A DNA stretch of 64,000 nucleotides from Eledone cirrhosa (lineage: Eukaryota), in NCBI GenBank assembly GCA_964016885.1, contig OZ024745.1, positions 132,184,001 through 132,248,000 on the forward strand, read 5' to 3'. Below the pieces are notes generated by a model. The model had not been told where the DNA came from and did not search any database. It saw nothing but the letters and a program-made list of their open reading frames with translations. Positions within the stretch are counted from its first letter, which is position 1. Every line of letters begins with the position of its first letter. Made by a program: the position numbers and the translations under genes. Shown piece after piece: positions 1 to 13,505 of the stretch.

Positions 1-10
1 CTACACAATC

Positions 11-312
11 ATTTTACAGTGTGGGCTGGGAGCTTTTTGTCATGACACCTACATGACACTTTACAGTGTGGGCTGGGAGCCTTTTGTCATGATACCTACA
101 CGACCACTTTATAGTGTGGGCTGGGAGCTTTTTGTCATGACACCTACATGACCACTTTACAGTGTGGGCTGGGAGCCTTTTGTCATGACACCTACATGAC
201 CACTTTACAGTGTGGGCTAGACAACTTTTGTCATGACACCTACATGACCACTTTACAGTGTGGGCTGGGCACTTTTTGTTGTGACGCCTACATGACCATG
301 CTGCAATGTGGT
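11..312. repeat. 48-bp minisatellite (~6 copies), derived from a SINE internal segment
   Basis: Unit CACTTTACAGTGTGGGCTGGGAGCTTTTTGTCATGACACCTACATGAC is repeated, matching the 16-aa periodicity of ORF 148..354. The same unit occurs at 17170-17470. Confidence 0.9.
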
Positions 313-1354
313 CTAAAAACTATAAATATATCCCAGACATACTCTTATCAGTGAAAAAGAGGAGATTGTGGAAGGTACTAATGTGCAGAAACCAATTCTG
401 TTTCATCCAGCTGTTACATTAAAAAATATTTGTTTTTTCTATGTAGCAAAGTAAAAATAACTACCATCACCCACCCCTCCACTCCATGCCAAATGCTAAA
501 ACTTGGACTTGTCATACACCTTTGACCTACTCTCTAACCCATCCTCTCCCTATATCACCTTTTTGAATCCCACCACACCTGTGATATATCCATAACATTA
601 TATATGTCATCCTCTGTTACCCATCACATGTTTATCATCCTCCCTATCTCACCCATCCTTTTACCCTATCATATCACCCCTTATAGATTAGAGATGTCTT
701 TTTCACTTGAATAAATGATAGTGCCTATTTAATGCAGCTATGATAAAATGCACCCAGTACACTCTGTAAAGCGACTGGTTTTGAGAAGGGCTTCCAACCA
801 TAAAAAGCATGCTAAAAATAGTTGAAAGAACTCTTCAATCACGACACAACAACCTCTATAGAGCAAAGACAATGAAAATTTACAATCTGTAAGGTGGTTG
901 CTGATAGGACAGGTATCTAGCGGTAAAAACCATGTCAAAAAATGAGATGACAAGATTCTTCAGTTGTATCAAGTCCTTGATGGTCTCTCTCGGGTTGATG
1001 ACACTATAAAACCCACTCTGTAAAGTGGATGTTGATAGGGAAGGCATACAGTCATAAATATCTTGCCAAACAAAGGGCGGAGAAGACTGTTTAGTTGTGT
1101 CAAAGATATGACAAACTCTCTGATGCTGGTACCATGATAACATATAGTCTGTTGAATACAGGAATATATATCAGTGAGATATGGTTCATATTCTGTCTGA
1201 GGTGTCAGTAGCTCAAATTAAATACTGACTTGGTGTGTGACCACATGTCCAACTCAAAACGAATGTTAAATGATGACTAACAATTATATTATGGATATGG
1301 GATTGGTATATTAACATTGTGTTTCTTGTGCAAGTTCTACCCCTGGGTCTCCTG

Positions 1355-1500
1355 CCAGGGGTAGACCCAAGCAAGATGGTTGAATAACATCCATGAGCTT
1401 GGTTGGTTTGGTTTGGGAATCCAGCTGGATCAGTTGCAAATGGTTGCTTCTGACAGGACCCACTAGAAAGACTCTGCCCCCATGGCTGTCTCAGGGATAA
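1355..1500 (+). mobile_element. RTE-clade LINE 3' fragment
   Basis: GGGGTAGACCC..GCAAGATGGTTGAATAACATCCATGAGCTTGG is homologous to the end of the copy at 26431-27142. Confidence 0.7.
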
Positions 1501-1530
1501 TAATACAACAATAATAATAATAATAATATT

Positions 1531-1850
1531 AAGACCTGCAAATAGAGATTGGAAAAATGTGGAAATTGAGAACTAAAACTGTACCAATGGTGGTCAGTGC
1601 TCTAGGAATGATACCTAAGGGGTCTAATGATTACTTATCCCAAATCCCAGGAAACCCGAATATAGGAGAAATACAAGAAACATTCTGTCAATATAAGTAT
1701 CTCACAAGTGTAAACACCTAAAGATACATGTGTGTGTGTGTGTTTCTTGAACATGGCGGACCTTGTTGTCTCTTGCGATCACTGGTTGGGACTTGGTGAT
1801 AACTCGTATGAACATAAAGCAAGATAAATGAAATGACAATAATAATAAAG
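1531..1850 (+). mobile_element. R4/Dong-like non-LTR retrotransposon, C-terminus and 3' UTR
   Basis: Translates as DLQIEIGKMWKLRTKTVPMVVSALGMIPKG..IPGNPNIGEIQ, resembling the C-terminal restriction-like endonuclease region of R4/Dong elements. It is flanked by (TAA)n. Confidence 0.7.
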
Positions 1851-2379
1851 AAGAAGAAGACGAAGAAGAAGAAGAAGAAGAAGAAGACATTGTGTCGTTA
1901 GCATTTTCTTAATGAATTTCAAACAGAAGAGTTTTGCCAGGAAATGTAGTTCTGAGTTTCATTTAGAGCACATTATTTTCTGATTAAGAAGACTAAAGGG
2001 AAATTGGTTCTTTATTCTGTGTGTCTCACAATGGCAATCAATGTCGAGAGAATAAACAGGCAGTAGTAGCTGAAGGACAAGCAAGCAACAGAACCAATTT
2101 CAAGAGCATTTATATATAGTATATAATGCAGCAATTATATAATATTTCAACAACTACAGAAAGAAAAACTATAATAATATATATTACAATGTACTCAATA
2201 TCACCAGCAACAGTCAACAGTAACAGCTAGGACAACAATGATAACTGCAGGAAGTTTACATTCTCTCAAGCAATGGAAAACATACAAAGACTTGATTTGT
2301 TGTTGAAAAGTTGAACCAGTTCAGATATCTACAGGAAGATTTTGTATGATGTGAAACGTAAGAAATACATTTTATTAAA

Positions 2380-2782
2380 TTAAACTGAAACAGGTAGAAA
2401 AGTTTGAGTATCTCAGAGATGTGTTCATAACCAGCATTTGGTTATCAGAAGAAGGAGGTAGGTGTAAATGCCAATCATGCTATCTTCAATTCAGTATTCG
2501 TGCCAACCCTTACCTGTGGTTATGAGTCTTGGGTAATGACTGAAAGTGTACGATTGCAAATACAAGCGGCTGAAATGGGATTCCACTGAAGGGTCTTTAG
2601 AATAATGTTACTAAATAGAGAGCATAGCTAAGAGGATCAGAGAGTCACTCCAGGTAGAGCTGCTACTTCTCCATATTGAGAGATCACAGCTTTGATACTA
2701 TGGGCAGGTGGTTAGAATGTCTCAGGAAAGGATTGCTGGACAGATTTTACGGGCAAAACCAACCAGCAGGAGACTTAGGGAA
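2380..2782 (+). mobile_element. RTE-clade LINE ORF fragment, internally deleted
   Basis: LKQVEKFEYL..SVFVPTLT.G.ESWVMTE..QIQAAEMGF; homologous to 26431-26900. Confidence 0.8.
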
Positions 2783-4276
2783 TTTCAGCTGGTAATTATT
2801 CCACCAATCTCAAAGAGGGTGATATTAAAAATATATCACATTGGTATTAAAATTACATCTATCTAGATACCAAATTAATATATAATACAAAATAAAATGA
2901 AACAGTTTCTATCCTAGTTTAACGACACTAACTGGGATATTTTAAAGTGTTTATATTTATCTAAAATCATGCTATCATAATTTAATGTAAGAACCTTTGT
3001 TATGTTATGTTTCAAATACCAGCTTAATAATGAGAAAGCCAGTGATTTTACTAAATTATACCAAATTCTAGATTATTTTCAAAATAATTTGAAAATTATA
3101 GGCAGTGTCTTTCATTAGAAATATGATAATAAAAGATACTTAAAATATGTATTGTGTTATGCAATCTACATAGCATATTTTCAAAGGCACTTATACACTT
3201 TTTAAAAAAAGCTCATTGCTATTTTCCATTGATCTTCTCAACTATTTATGGAGAAAAGAATTTCCGTGGCTATGAAAAAAAATCTTTGTTTTAAATTTTA
3301 TATGAAATAATATTTAAAAGTTAACTTTATTATAAACCTTGAAACGAAATACTTCTACGTTTCATAAGTTCATAACTGAAAAGTCAACTTCCGTATTGTA
3401 GGTTTAAATTAAATATACATTGCATTTTACTAAGTTTAGTCAAGGTTGAAAATATTCCTGTTTGATAAATTTCATTAATATTGTAAGCTTTGTCTTCTTA
3501 TATTTAGCAATAGTGCTGATATAGTATAAAAATAACGAAAAGAGAAAAAAGTATAGCATGTAAGTTGAATTGGGGGGTGTAAGCAGTAAATTATGTTGAA
3601 AATACTAAACAAACAAACAAAATTAGACACTCGAACCTGATAAAAATGCTAACTTATGTTCATATATATATATATATATTTACACTCTCACATATACATA
3701 TCATCATTTAATGTCTGTTATACACATGCACACACACATACACATATATATACAGATACATACATACACACGTATATAAATATATACACATATATAGACA
3801 TATAGACATACACACACACACACACGCAATGTGTGTGAGACTGGTTTTTTGCATTTGGTATTGCTGGTTTTGCTTTTAAATAAATTGAAGTGATGAATCT
3901 TGCTTCAAAGTGTAGGAACACAAAAATACATTAACTTTTAATCTTGCATAACGAAAGAAGAAAAGCTTGAGTAAGAAGGAAAATTGATAAAGAAAATCCC
4001 AAAAGAATTCATGAAGAAAAAACAACTTACTAATAATGTAAAATAATAAATAATAAAAAATATACTTTTCATAAAGTTTCAATATAAAGTACATGTCAGA
4101 ATCTTTCACCAAAATGCAATATGTATACATACATACACATATATATATATATATATATGTAGGAGGTGAGTTTTATTGTAGTACAATAAAGCAATGCAGA
4201 TATCGGATAAGAAGCACTCTACAGTTTGTAGGACTGGAGTATACATAATATAAGATCAAAAGATGGTTAAAGGAGT

Positions 4277-4356
4277 TCCATGTATTTTATTATGCGCATT
4301 TCAAAAACAAACATCATCATGCAATAATATTTGTGTTTTCATCAGATAAAACAGGA
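4277..4356 (-). ncRNA. Minimal type-I hammerhead ribozyme, mirror copy
   Basis: Reverse complement of 4443-4522 within the palindrome. Confidence 0.8.
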
Positions 4357-4442
4357 GAACATGATATGAAGGCTAAAAAACACCTGTGGACAGTTTAAAA
4401 CTGCACTGTCCACAGGTGTTTTTTAGCCTTCATATCATGTTC

Positions 4443-4522
4443 TCCTGTTTTATCTGATGAAAACAAAAATATTATTGCATGATGATGTTTGTTTTTGAAA
4501 TGCGCATAATAAAATACATGGA
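4443..4522 (+). ncRNA. Minimal type-I hammerhead ribozyme
   Basis: Stem I TTTTAT(4448-53)/ATAAAA(4509-14); core CTGATGA 4454-60; stem II AAACAAA../..TTTGTTT with extra T residues at its base; GAAA 4497-4500; palindromic stem III ATGCGCAT; cleavage triplet AUA at 4506-4508. Confidence 0.8.
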
Positions 4523-4546
4523 ACTCCTTTAACCATCTTTTGATCT

Positions 4547-4554
<8 letters not shown>

Positions 4555-4609
<55 letters not shown>

Positions 4610-4671
4610 TATATTTATATATATACACACACACATATATATGTGTATATATATACACACATATATATATA

Positions 4672-4745
<74 letters not shown>

Positions 4746-4805
4746 AATATATGTAAACATATATATGTATATATATGTGTGTGCATGTGTGTGTGTATAT
4801 ATATA
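4555..4805. repeat. (TA)n/(CA)n microsatellite
   Basis: Direct reading. Confidence 0.95.
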
Positions 4806-5040
4806 TCATCATCATCATTGTTTAACGTCTATCTTCCACGCTAGCATGGGTTAGACGGGAATTGTCCCACTTGAGGTAAGATTGTTTGGATGACCATGTC
4901 TCGCTCATATAGGACTGTCTGGCAGGTTTTCTATGGCTGGATGCCCTTCCTAACACCAACCACATTTATAGTGTGGACTGGGAGCTTTTTACCTTGTCTC
5001 CTACACAACCACATTACAGCGTAGACTGTTTTTTTCCCCT
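4806..5040 (-). mobile_element. SINE 3' part with RTE-like (GAT)n tail
   Basis: CATCATCATTGTTTAACGTC..GCTAGCATGGGTT..CTGGATGCCCTTCCTAACACCAACC, shared with the SINEs at 7432 and 23155. Confidence 0.7.
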
Positions 5041-5256
5041 CCCTTTTCTTTATCTTTTCTCCCTTTCCTTCCCCCTCCTCCCTTTTTTCCCCTTTTCCAC
5101 TTTTTTTTTTGTTATGACACCTACACGACTTCATTAGTTTGGACTGGATGTTGTGGTACCAACGGAACTTTATAGAGAAAGGGTGATGTTGCTGGGAGTG
5201 GAAGGGTGGAGTAGGGGTAGTGGGTTTGGATGTATGTTTGGTTTGGAGGGGCCTAC

Positions 5257-5950
<694 letters not shown>

Positions 5951-6003
5951 TGAAAGACGTAAAATAAGAAAATTATAAAAAATAACTTATTTACTAAAAT
6001 TTC

Positions 6004-6086
6004 ACTCCAACTAATTAGTTTCTGAAAGGGAATAAACATGGTTTCCGAATGGACAACATGGAGAATACCTTTCGTCATCAGGGAGT
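6004..6086 (-). ncRNA. Type-I hammerhead ribozyme with long stem II, copy A
   Basis: Minus strand reads ACTCC-CTGATGA-CGAAAGG...CCTTTCA-GAAA-CTAATTAG-T-T-GGAGT, with palindromic stem III ACTAATTAGT and triplet GUU. Confidence 0.75.
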
Positions 6087-6534
6087 CAATTCTCAGCTAA
6101 GTTCCCAGGCGATGCGTGGACACAGGGAACTTATACAAAAATAACTCAGTGGATGGAAAAAAGCAAGCGAGGACTAAATTCCAAGACATTGAAAAAATCA
6201 CTGCCTATTTGGTCGGTGGCAAATTCAAAAGAATCAATCACGTGACATCGAGGTTAATCAGTGAGGAGTGGGGTGTTAAGAAGACAGTGGCCGAACTATT
6301 ACTATGAACTATAGTAGCAGTTTTGGCAAATTTTTGCTCAACAAAATAATTTGGAGATAATTATAAAGAATTTGTATATCTGCCAACATATATATACAGA
6401 TGCATACCTATGCTAGCAAATATATAGTTTTTTTTCTTAATAACTTTGTGGTTCAAGGCAAGGGGATGCAGAACAATTATATGAAAGACGTAAAATAAGA
6501 AAATTATAAAAATTAACTTACTTACTAAAATTTC

Positions 6535-6617
6535 ACTCCAACTAATTAGTTTCTGAAAGGGAATAAACATGGTTTCCGAATGGACAACATGGAGAATACC
6601 TTTCATCATCAGGAAGT
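6535..6617 (-). ncRNA. Type-I hammerhead ribozyme with long stem II, copy B
   Basis: Minus strand reads ACTTC-CTGATGA-TGAAAGG...CCTTTCA-GAAA-CTAATTAG-T-T-GGAGT; the base of stem II is a perfect 7-bp helix. Confidence 0.75.
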
Positions 6618-7431
6618 CAATTCTCAGCTTAGTTCCCAGGCGATGCGTGGACACATATATATATACACATACCTATACATATATAGATAGTATACATATA
6701 TACATACATATATATATATATAGTTAAAACTTAGACGGGAACAAAAACAAAGAGGCAGTACAAATAAGAGTTTATTAGGTTCATCAGGAGAAAAGTGGGT
6801 AGGAAGAGAGTTCCGAGGGTGTGTGGGGGAGTGGTGGAGAGACATTTAGAAAAAAGAGGGGGGAGAAAAGGGAGGAAAAGGATTGAAGAAGTACAAATAA
6901 AAATAAAAATAAGCATAAAAATAAACAAGTGGTGGAAGGTATGAGGTGTGTAGTGGGGGTGGCGGGTGGAGTTGGGAGAGGGAGATGGGGGTCCGAGCGG
7001 GGAGGGCTGAAGGTGGTGTTTGTTTATGTGTGTAGGTGTGTGTGTGTGTGTGCGTGTGTATGTGAATGTGAGAGTTGGAAGAACGATGTTCCATGTGCAG
7101 GAAATGGTGTGTGTGGGGTGTAAGTCGGTGTGTGAGTGCGTGTAGATGGAGAGGGGTCAGAGGGTTAAGGGTGGGGGGCGTGTGGATTCCGGAGGCTGAG
7201 TGTGTGTGTGTGGGGGATACGTGGTGTGGATGTAGGTGGCGTAGTTAAAAAAAAATGTGAGTGTTTGTTCGTGGGTAAGTTCCTAAGGTAGTTCCATGGA
7301 GTGTGCGATTAGATGTCGGATATTTCTCATGTTATAGAGTGGATAGCTGGAACGATGTGTGTGTGTGTATGTATATATATATATATATATATATACATAT
7401 ATACATACACACATATATATATATATATTTG

Positions 7432-7765
7432 TTTTTTCATAATTTTTACGTCCGCTTTTCCCTGCTTGCAAGGGTTGGACGGGAACTGATTCTGGCTTGA
7501 TTTCTACAGCTGGATGCCCTTCCTAACACCAACCTCATTTACAGTGAGTACTGGGTGCTTTTTTGCCGTGGCACCTCCACGACCACTTTGCAGTGGAATG
7601 ATAGGGACCCCAGTCCTTATCATCTCATTTCTACAGCTGAATGAACTGGAGCAATGTGAAATAAAGTGTCTTGCTCAAGGAAACAACACATCACCCAGTC
7701 TGAGAATTGAACTCATAACCTTTCAATTGCAAGGCCAATGCTCTAACCACTAAGCCATGTGCTTT
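7432..7765 (-). mobile_element. tRNA-derived CORE-type SINE
   Basis: Box A TGGCTTAGTGG, box-B-like GAGTTCAATTC, CORE-like CCTTGAGCAAGACACTTTATTTCACATTGCTCCAG and an RTE-like tail; nearly identical to 23155-23501. Confidence 0.85.
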
Positions 7766-8263
7766 CATATATATATGTATACTCACCCAAACATATACAT
7801 ACATATATATATATATATACATACAGACATATATAAAAATATACACACAAGTAAAGAAGGAAAGCCAAAATATAGAGAGAAGTACCTGACGTAAAAAAAA
7901 AAAGCAGTTTGTTAATGAAAGTCAGCTATTATTATCTAAAAGCTATATTGGTCTTAGTTTGTAAGAATACAAAGGACGGAGAAAGTGAAGTTGTTTTTTT
8001 TTTTTGAAAAATACTTAACATGTTACTTAGAATTTTGTGTTTGGTAAATATATGATTTTAAGAGATTAAAAGCTTACTTTGACATAGTTCTGTTCACTAC
8101 AAAGCCAAAAGACTACTACTATGGACATATTGTTTCAGAGTGCAAGCATTGCAAAGTAGGTTTGAGTTTGGACAGTCACACAAATTTGTTTTATATCCCG
8201 TTACTTTTAACGTCCTATATCATATTGAAATGTAGTACCAAGACTTGGGGGGTAATGATTTAA

Positions 8264-8468
8264 CTCTTTAGCATTTAAACCGGCCTGAATTCTCTTCCCT
8301 ATCTCTGTTCAAACCGGTCGTAACCACCTGCACATACTGATGTTAAGGTATTATTCTCAAAAATATCAAAATCGCATAGATTCGATATTATGTGAGATAA
8401 TTATGTGAGATAAAGTCTTTTCTGTGGAAATACAATAGTAAATATAGAGTAATGTAAATGTTAAAGGG
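8264..8468. mobile_element. piggyBac-type MITE
   Basis: TTAA|CTCTTTAGCATTTA...TAAATGTTAAAGGG|TGAA terminal inverted repeats and degenerate TSD; homologous to 10707-11493. Confidence 0.75.
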
Positions 8469-9444
8469 TGAATGGAAGACTTAATAGCTAATAACAATGT
8501 TCTGCATTTGAAAATGTTTATGATGCATGTATGATAAGGTTTGTTACTAATTGCATTTGATACTCTGTCCACTAGAAAAGATACTATAACCATTTGAATT
8601 AACAAACCAGTTTTTAGAAAATTTTTGCAAAATCATTAAAGGATGTTAAAATCCTTGAGGTGTGATATGCGGCTGATTGTCTCACTTGGTCGTTTTTGTT
8701 TTTCTCCTTATTTCTTTCTTTCTCTTACTCTGGTCATATATTTTGGAGTTGTTTTTGAGACGTTCCTAGCAACAGTTGTGTTTATATAACAACATTATAT
8801 TTGTAATGTTATTTATACAACTGTGAATAAAAATAGTATATATGTGTGTGTGTGTATATATGTATTATGTAGATATTGATGTATTAAATAGAGTATTCTA
8901 TTGAAATAAATTTCTATATATCTTCTCTCTTGTATGCAAATTAGAATGATGTATTTCCTTACATTATGAATGGTGGAATTCTCGTGATTTTTAAATACTT
9001 TTGAAAATAATCAAGAATTTAAAGAAATTTAATAATAAAATATATATATACTCTTTTACTCTTTTACCTGTTTCAGCCATCCGGCTGAGGCCATGCTGGG
9101 GCACTGCCCTTGTATATATATATATAAAAGTTAGCTTACTTTATCTCCAAGATCTATCAGGCTGGATTGAGCCAATAAGGAAGCTTCTGAACAAGTCAAT
9201 GCGAGAGCATGTACATAGTTGTTTGAATTGCTAGGAATGGCAGTTAAATCACTCAAATCCGCCTTGCCAGCCTAGGAAAAGAACACATTTAATAATGTAG
9301 ACCTAGATACAGTATGTCTAAATATGTGTTGATTATGGCTAGAATATATTTGCACATTAATTTTCACAATCAGAGTTGACCTAAAGTGGAACAACAACAA
9401 TAACAATCTGGTGGAACTATGAATAATTAAAAATGAAACGGTGC

Positions 9445-9952
9445 AGATAACAGATGTCTTACTAGATATAACAGATGTCTTACAAGACATAACAGATGTC
9501 TTACTAGATATAACAGATGTTTTAGTAGATAAAACAGATGTCTTACTAGATATAACAGATGTCTTAGTAGATAAAACAGGTGTCTTACTAGATATAACAG
9601 ATGTCTTAGTAGATAAAACAGATGTCTTACTAGATATAACAGATGTCTTAGTAGATAAAACAGATGTCTTACTAGATATAACAGATGTCTTAGTAGATAA
9701 AACAGATGTCTTACTATATATAACAGATGTCTTACAAGACATAACAGATGTCTTAGTAGATATAACAGATGTCTTACTAGATATAACTGATGTCTTACTA
9801 GAGATAACAGATGTCTTACTAGAGATAACAGATGTCTTACTAGATATAACAGATGTCTTACTAGAGATAACAGATGTCTTACTAGAGATAACAGATGTCT
9901 TACTAGATATAACAGATGTCTTACTAGATATAACAGATGTCTTACTAGATAT
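9445..9952. repeat. 21-bp minisatellite (~24 copies)
   Basis: Unit AGATATAACAGATGTCTTACT; explains ORFs 9272..10240 and 9441..9962. Confidence 0.95.
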
Positions 9953-10706
9953 ATATGTATGATGTGTGTGTATGTGTGTGTGGGGGTGAGACTGTGTGTA
10001 TGTATGGGAGAGAGAGTGTGTGTATGTGTGTGCGTGGGAGAGAGAGTGTATGTGTGTGTGTGAGAGAGAGTGTGTGTGTGGGAGTGAATGTGTGTATGTG
10101 TGTGAGAGAGATTTAGTGTGTGAGGGTGAGAATACGTTAGAGATGACTGGATGTAGCAGGAGTATCAGTTTGGTCAACAGAATGAAATGTATCCCCATCA
10201 TGGTTTTAACGTCCATTTCCCCCAAGTATGGACAGCACAATATGTGAGAGTTATGGTTGTTGTACTCTTGATGGTTTTGGCAGGGTTTTTCTGACTAGAT
10301 GCTCTCCCTATCACCTACCACTTTACAGTGTGGACTCGGCGCATCATTCGTACCACCAGCACTAGAAAGGTTGTCTTACCGGACTCAAGAGTGCTCTCTA
10401 CCCTGTCTTAGTTGGAGTGTCTACTCCAGACAGGTTGCCTTCACTACAGCTTATGGAGCCCATGTCTACCACTGTATCCTTTCATAATGAGATATTCTTA
10501 ATTTTCCAAACTAGTTAGTAGTAAATAGAGATTTAGAGGTACAGACCTATACTGTAATAAAACAAAGCTAGTAATGATACGGGATAACTGATGCATGTTT
10601 TAGTGTGCAGGACACGGCATAGTCACATGGGTAACAAGTTCCCTTTACAGTGATGAGGTTCTGAGTTCAATCCCACAGTGAGATATCTGTTGCAAGTGTC
10701 TTTTAA

Positions 10707-11493
10707 CCCTTTAATGTTGAAACCAGCCAAAACCGGCCAGAATTCTCTACCTTACTGGCTGTAACTGGTCACTCAAACTAATGTTAAGGTGTTGTTCTCA
10801 AAATAGATACTTTCAAAATCTCATAGATTCGATATTATGTGGGGTAATTAAGTGAGATAAAGCCTTTACCATGAAAATACAATAGTATATATAGAGTAAT
10901 GTAAATGTTATGTGGGGTAATTAAGTGAGATAAAGCCTTTACCATGAAAATACAATAGTATATATAGAGTAATGTAAATGTTATGTGGGGTAATTAAGTG
11001 AGATAAAGCCTTTACTGTGAAAATACAATAGTATATATAGAGTAATGTAAATGTTATGTGAGATATTATGTGAGGTAAAGCCTTTACTGTGAAAATACAA
11101 TAGTATATATAGAGTAATGTAAATGTTATGTGAGATATTATGTGAGGTAAAGCCTTTACTGTGAAAATACAATAGTATATATAGAGTAATGTAAATGTTA
11201 TGTGAGATATTATGTAAGGTAAAGCCTTTACTGTGAAAATACAATAGTATATATAGAGTAATGTAAATGTTATGTGAGGTATTATGTAAGGTAAAGCCTT
11301 TACTGTGAAAATACAATAGTATATATAGAGTAATGTAAATGTTATGTGAGGTATTATGTAAGGTAAAGCCTTTACTGTGAAAATACAATAGTATATATAG
11401 AGTAATGTAAATGTTATGTGAGATATTATGTGAGGTAAAGCCTTTACTGTGAAAATATAATAGTATATATAGAGTAATGTAAATGCTAAAGGG
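10707..11493. mobile_element. piggyBac-type MITE with an internal 9 x 72-73-bp tandem expansion
   Basis: TTAA|CCCTTTAATGTT...AAATGCTAAAGGG|TTAA; units start at 10835, 10908, 10981, 11054, 11126, 11198, 11270, 11342 and 11414. Confidence 0.85.
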
Positions 11494-13009
11494 TTAACAT
11501 AGTCTTGCTTTGGGTGAAGTTGGGCAGACATAGACACTTTGGAAGCCTGGTAGAAGGTCTGTACTTATGAATATGTGAGTGGGGAGGGGGAAGTGAGTGT
11601 GTGTGAGAGAGTGAGAGTGTGTGTGTGTGAGAGAGAGAGTGTGAGATTAACGAGGTCTGCCAGGTGTCTCATATACCATTATATGAAGATAAAGGTATAT
11701 ATAGAAATGTTACTCTTTATATTCTGTTGCTTCACAGCTAGATACCATCATCATCATCATCATCATCACCATTTAATGATGATGATGATGATGTATAGCT
11801 GTGAACCAACAGGATATAAAGAGTAACATTTCTATTCTATCATAATGTTGAAATAACTTATGTATTGACCAGTGTTTGTATATTCATTGAAGCAAATATA
11901 AACTATGGGATTTCATGTCAGTGATCAATCATAACTTCATCTAGTGTAAATGGATTGTATGGATAATGCTGTAGTATTTAGGATGTCAACAACTGCAACA
12001 ACAACAATATTTGCTGCAACAATAACATTATAACGTCAATAACAGTGCAACAATAATAATATTACAACAACAGTAAAAAGATAACAAAATTATGTTATTG
12101 TTGAAAAATACCTGGTGTGTTTTATTTCATAGAATTATATTGACTCTAAGAATAACGGTGACTTCATTTGATTCTTACTGAACGGAATTGAATTATTTGA
12201 GATATGTCATTGATAGTGAACTGCACTAGATCAGATCAATATATTTGAACAATGTTACAGCTTTGAGCCAGCTTCTTTATATAAACAACATTTCTCAACA
12301 ATGAGATATGTTTGGACAGACATGTAAAAGAAAAAAAAAGAAGTCTATATTTTCTTGTTATTGAATGTGAATAAGTCTGAGGGCTTCTTTGTAGTCACTT
12401 GACCTCACAAGCAGCTAGGTATACATTTCTGAGCATCTTTAAAATAGTAGCTATATATTTAAGATATTCAGTATAAGAGAGAATGCTGCAATATATCACT
12501 GTAAAATTAAGCAAGCCATGGAATTTGAGCGAGTAGGAAAGGTTATGGTCAGATGGAATCATTAGCTGAGTTGGTGTATAACCGATGGAAACATTGACAA
12601 TAGATGTAAAACGGTGATGATGAGGATGATGATGTTATTGCTGATGTTCTTGTTTATCTTTTGGTCAACTATGATGAAAATTAATTAATCTCTGCCCATT
12701 CCTTCTTTTTTAGGAGTTTCTAAGATTTCATTTGCATTGTTTGAACAATACCAAGAGCCCAGAGAAGGATCAGGTTAAACATCTCATGGCAAGACGGAAA
12801 AACCACCAAATGGATTTGAGAAAATACAAAAGTTTGTGATATCCTAGAAATCATTAGCAAAGCAAAATGTAAGCAGAATGACTGACAACAGATGGGCCAC
12901 CTGAATCACCTGGACTCTACAAGGTCACACTAGAAACCAGGGCCATGAGAAGACCAGGTGGTGAGACAACCATGAGAAAATTGGCAAATTTGGTCATTGA
13001 ATGGCCAAA

Positions 13010-13130
13010 TACTGTAGGAGGTAGTACTGTGTTAGGGGATGACAAAGATATACTGTAGGTGGTGGTGGTACTGTGTTAGGGGATGACAAAGATATACTGT
13101 AGGTGCTGGTACTGTGTTAGATGATGACAA
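13010..13130. repeat. ~41-44-bp tandem repeat (3 copies)
   Basis: TACTGTAGG..GGTACTGTGTTAGGGGATGACAAAGATA repeated. Confidence 0.75.
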
Positions 13131-13229
13131 TTGCCAACACTACACCTGATATCGCCCCTCCATACATACACACACATGTATGTCATGACTCATACACTAT
13201 TCATTTTCCTGATATTTGTACATTATTCT

Positions 13230-13416
13230 GTGGATTGGCAGTATCGGTAGAGGGTCGGACGCCATGCTTTACAGCATAGTTACGTCCCTTTACAATCTGA
13301 GTTCAAATCCCGCCGAGGTTGACTTTGCCTTTCATCCTTACGGGGTCGATAAAATAAAGTACCAGTAATGCACTGGGTAATTGCTGGCCTTGTGCCTAAA
13401 GTAGAAACAATTATTC
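13230..13416 (+). mobile_element. tRNA-headed Meta-domain-like SINE, short form
   Basis: Box A TGGCAGTATCGG, box B GAGTTCAAATCCC, Meta-like GCCTTTCATCCTTACGGGGTCGATAAAATAAAGTACCAG and an (ATT)n tail. Confidence 0.85.
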
Positions 13417-13505
13417 TATGTACTATAAATGCACCTTTAATGAGTTGTAGTACACCTGAGCACTGTACACAATAATTTCATTATTATTATTATTAAATAA
13501 TAATA

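Larger units (their letters stand above)
4160..4554. mobile_element. Palindromic hammerhead-bearing element (Penelope pseudo-LTR-like) within (TA)n
   Basis: Arms 4245-4394 and 4405-4554 are 150-bp reverse complements with one mismatch seen and a 10-nt spacer. The minus-strand copy runs on to ~4160 with an AATAAA and ends in (TA)n. Confidence 0.85.

Noticed and set aside
148-354. Cys-rich repeat peptide, metallothionein-like
   Set aside because: It is the translation of the 48-bp SINE-derived minisatellite, and neighbouring units contain a stop and an indel.
6740-6795. CTGATGA on the minus strand as a third hammerhead
   Set aside because: There is no GAAA or stem III downstream before the (TA)n, so it is at most a truncated remnant.
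9272-10240. 322-aa and 173-aa ORFs
   Set aside because: They are read-through of a 21-bp stop-free minisatellite and (CA)n, with no domain or splice evidence.
10835-11490. CRISPR-like array, and the 209-aa ORF
   Set aside because: The units are contiguous near-identical tandem repeats with no unique spacers, inside a MITE in eukaryotic DNA with no cas genes.
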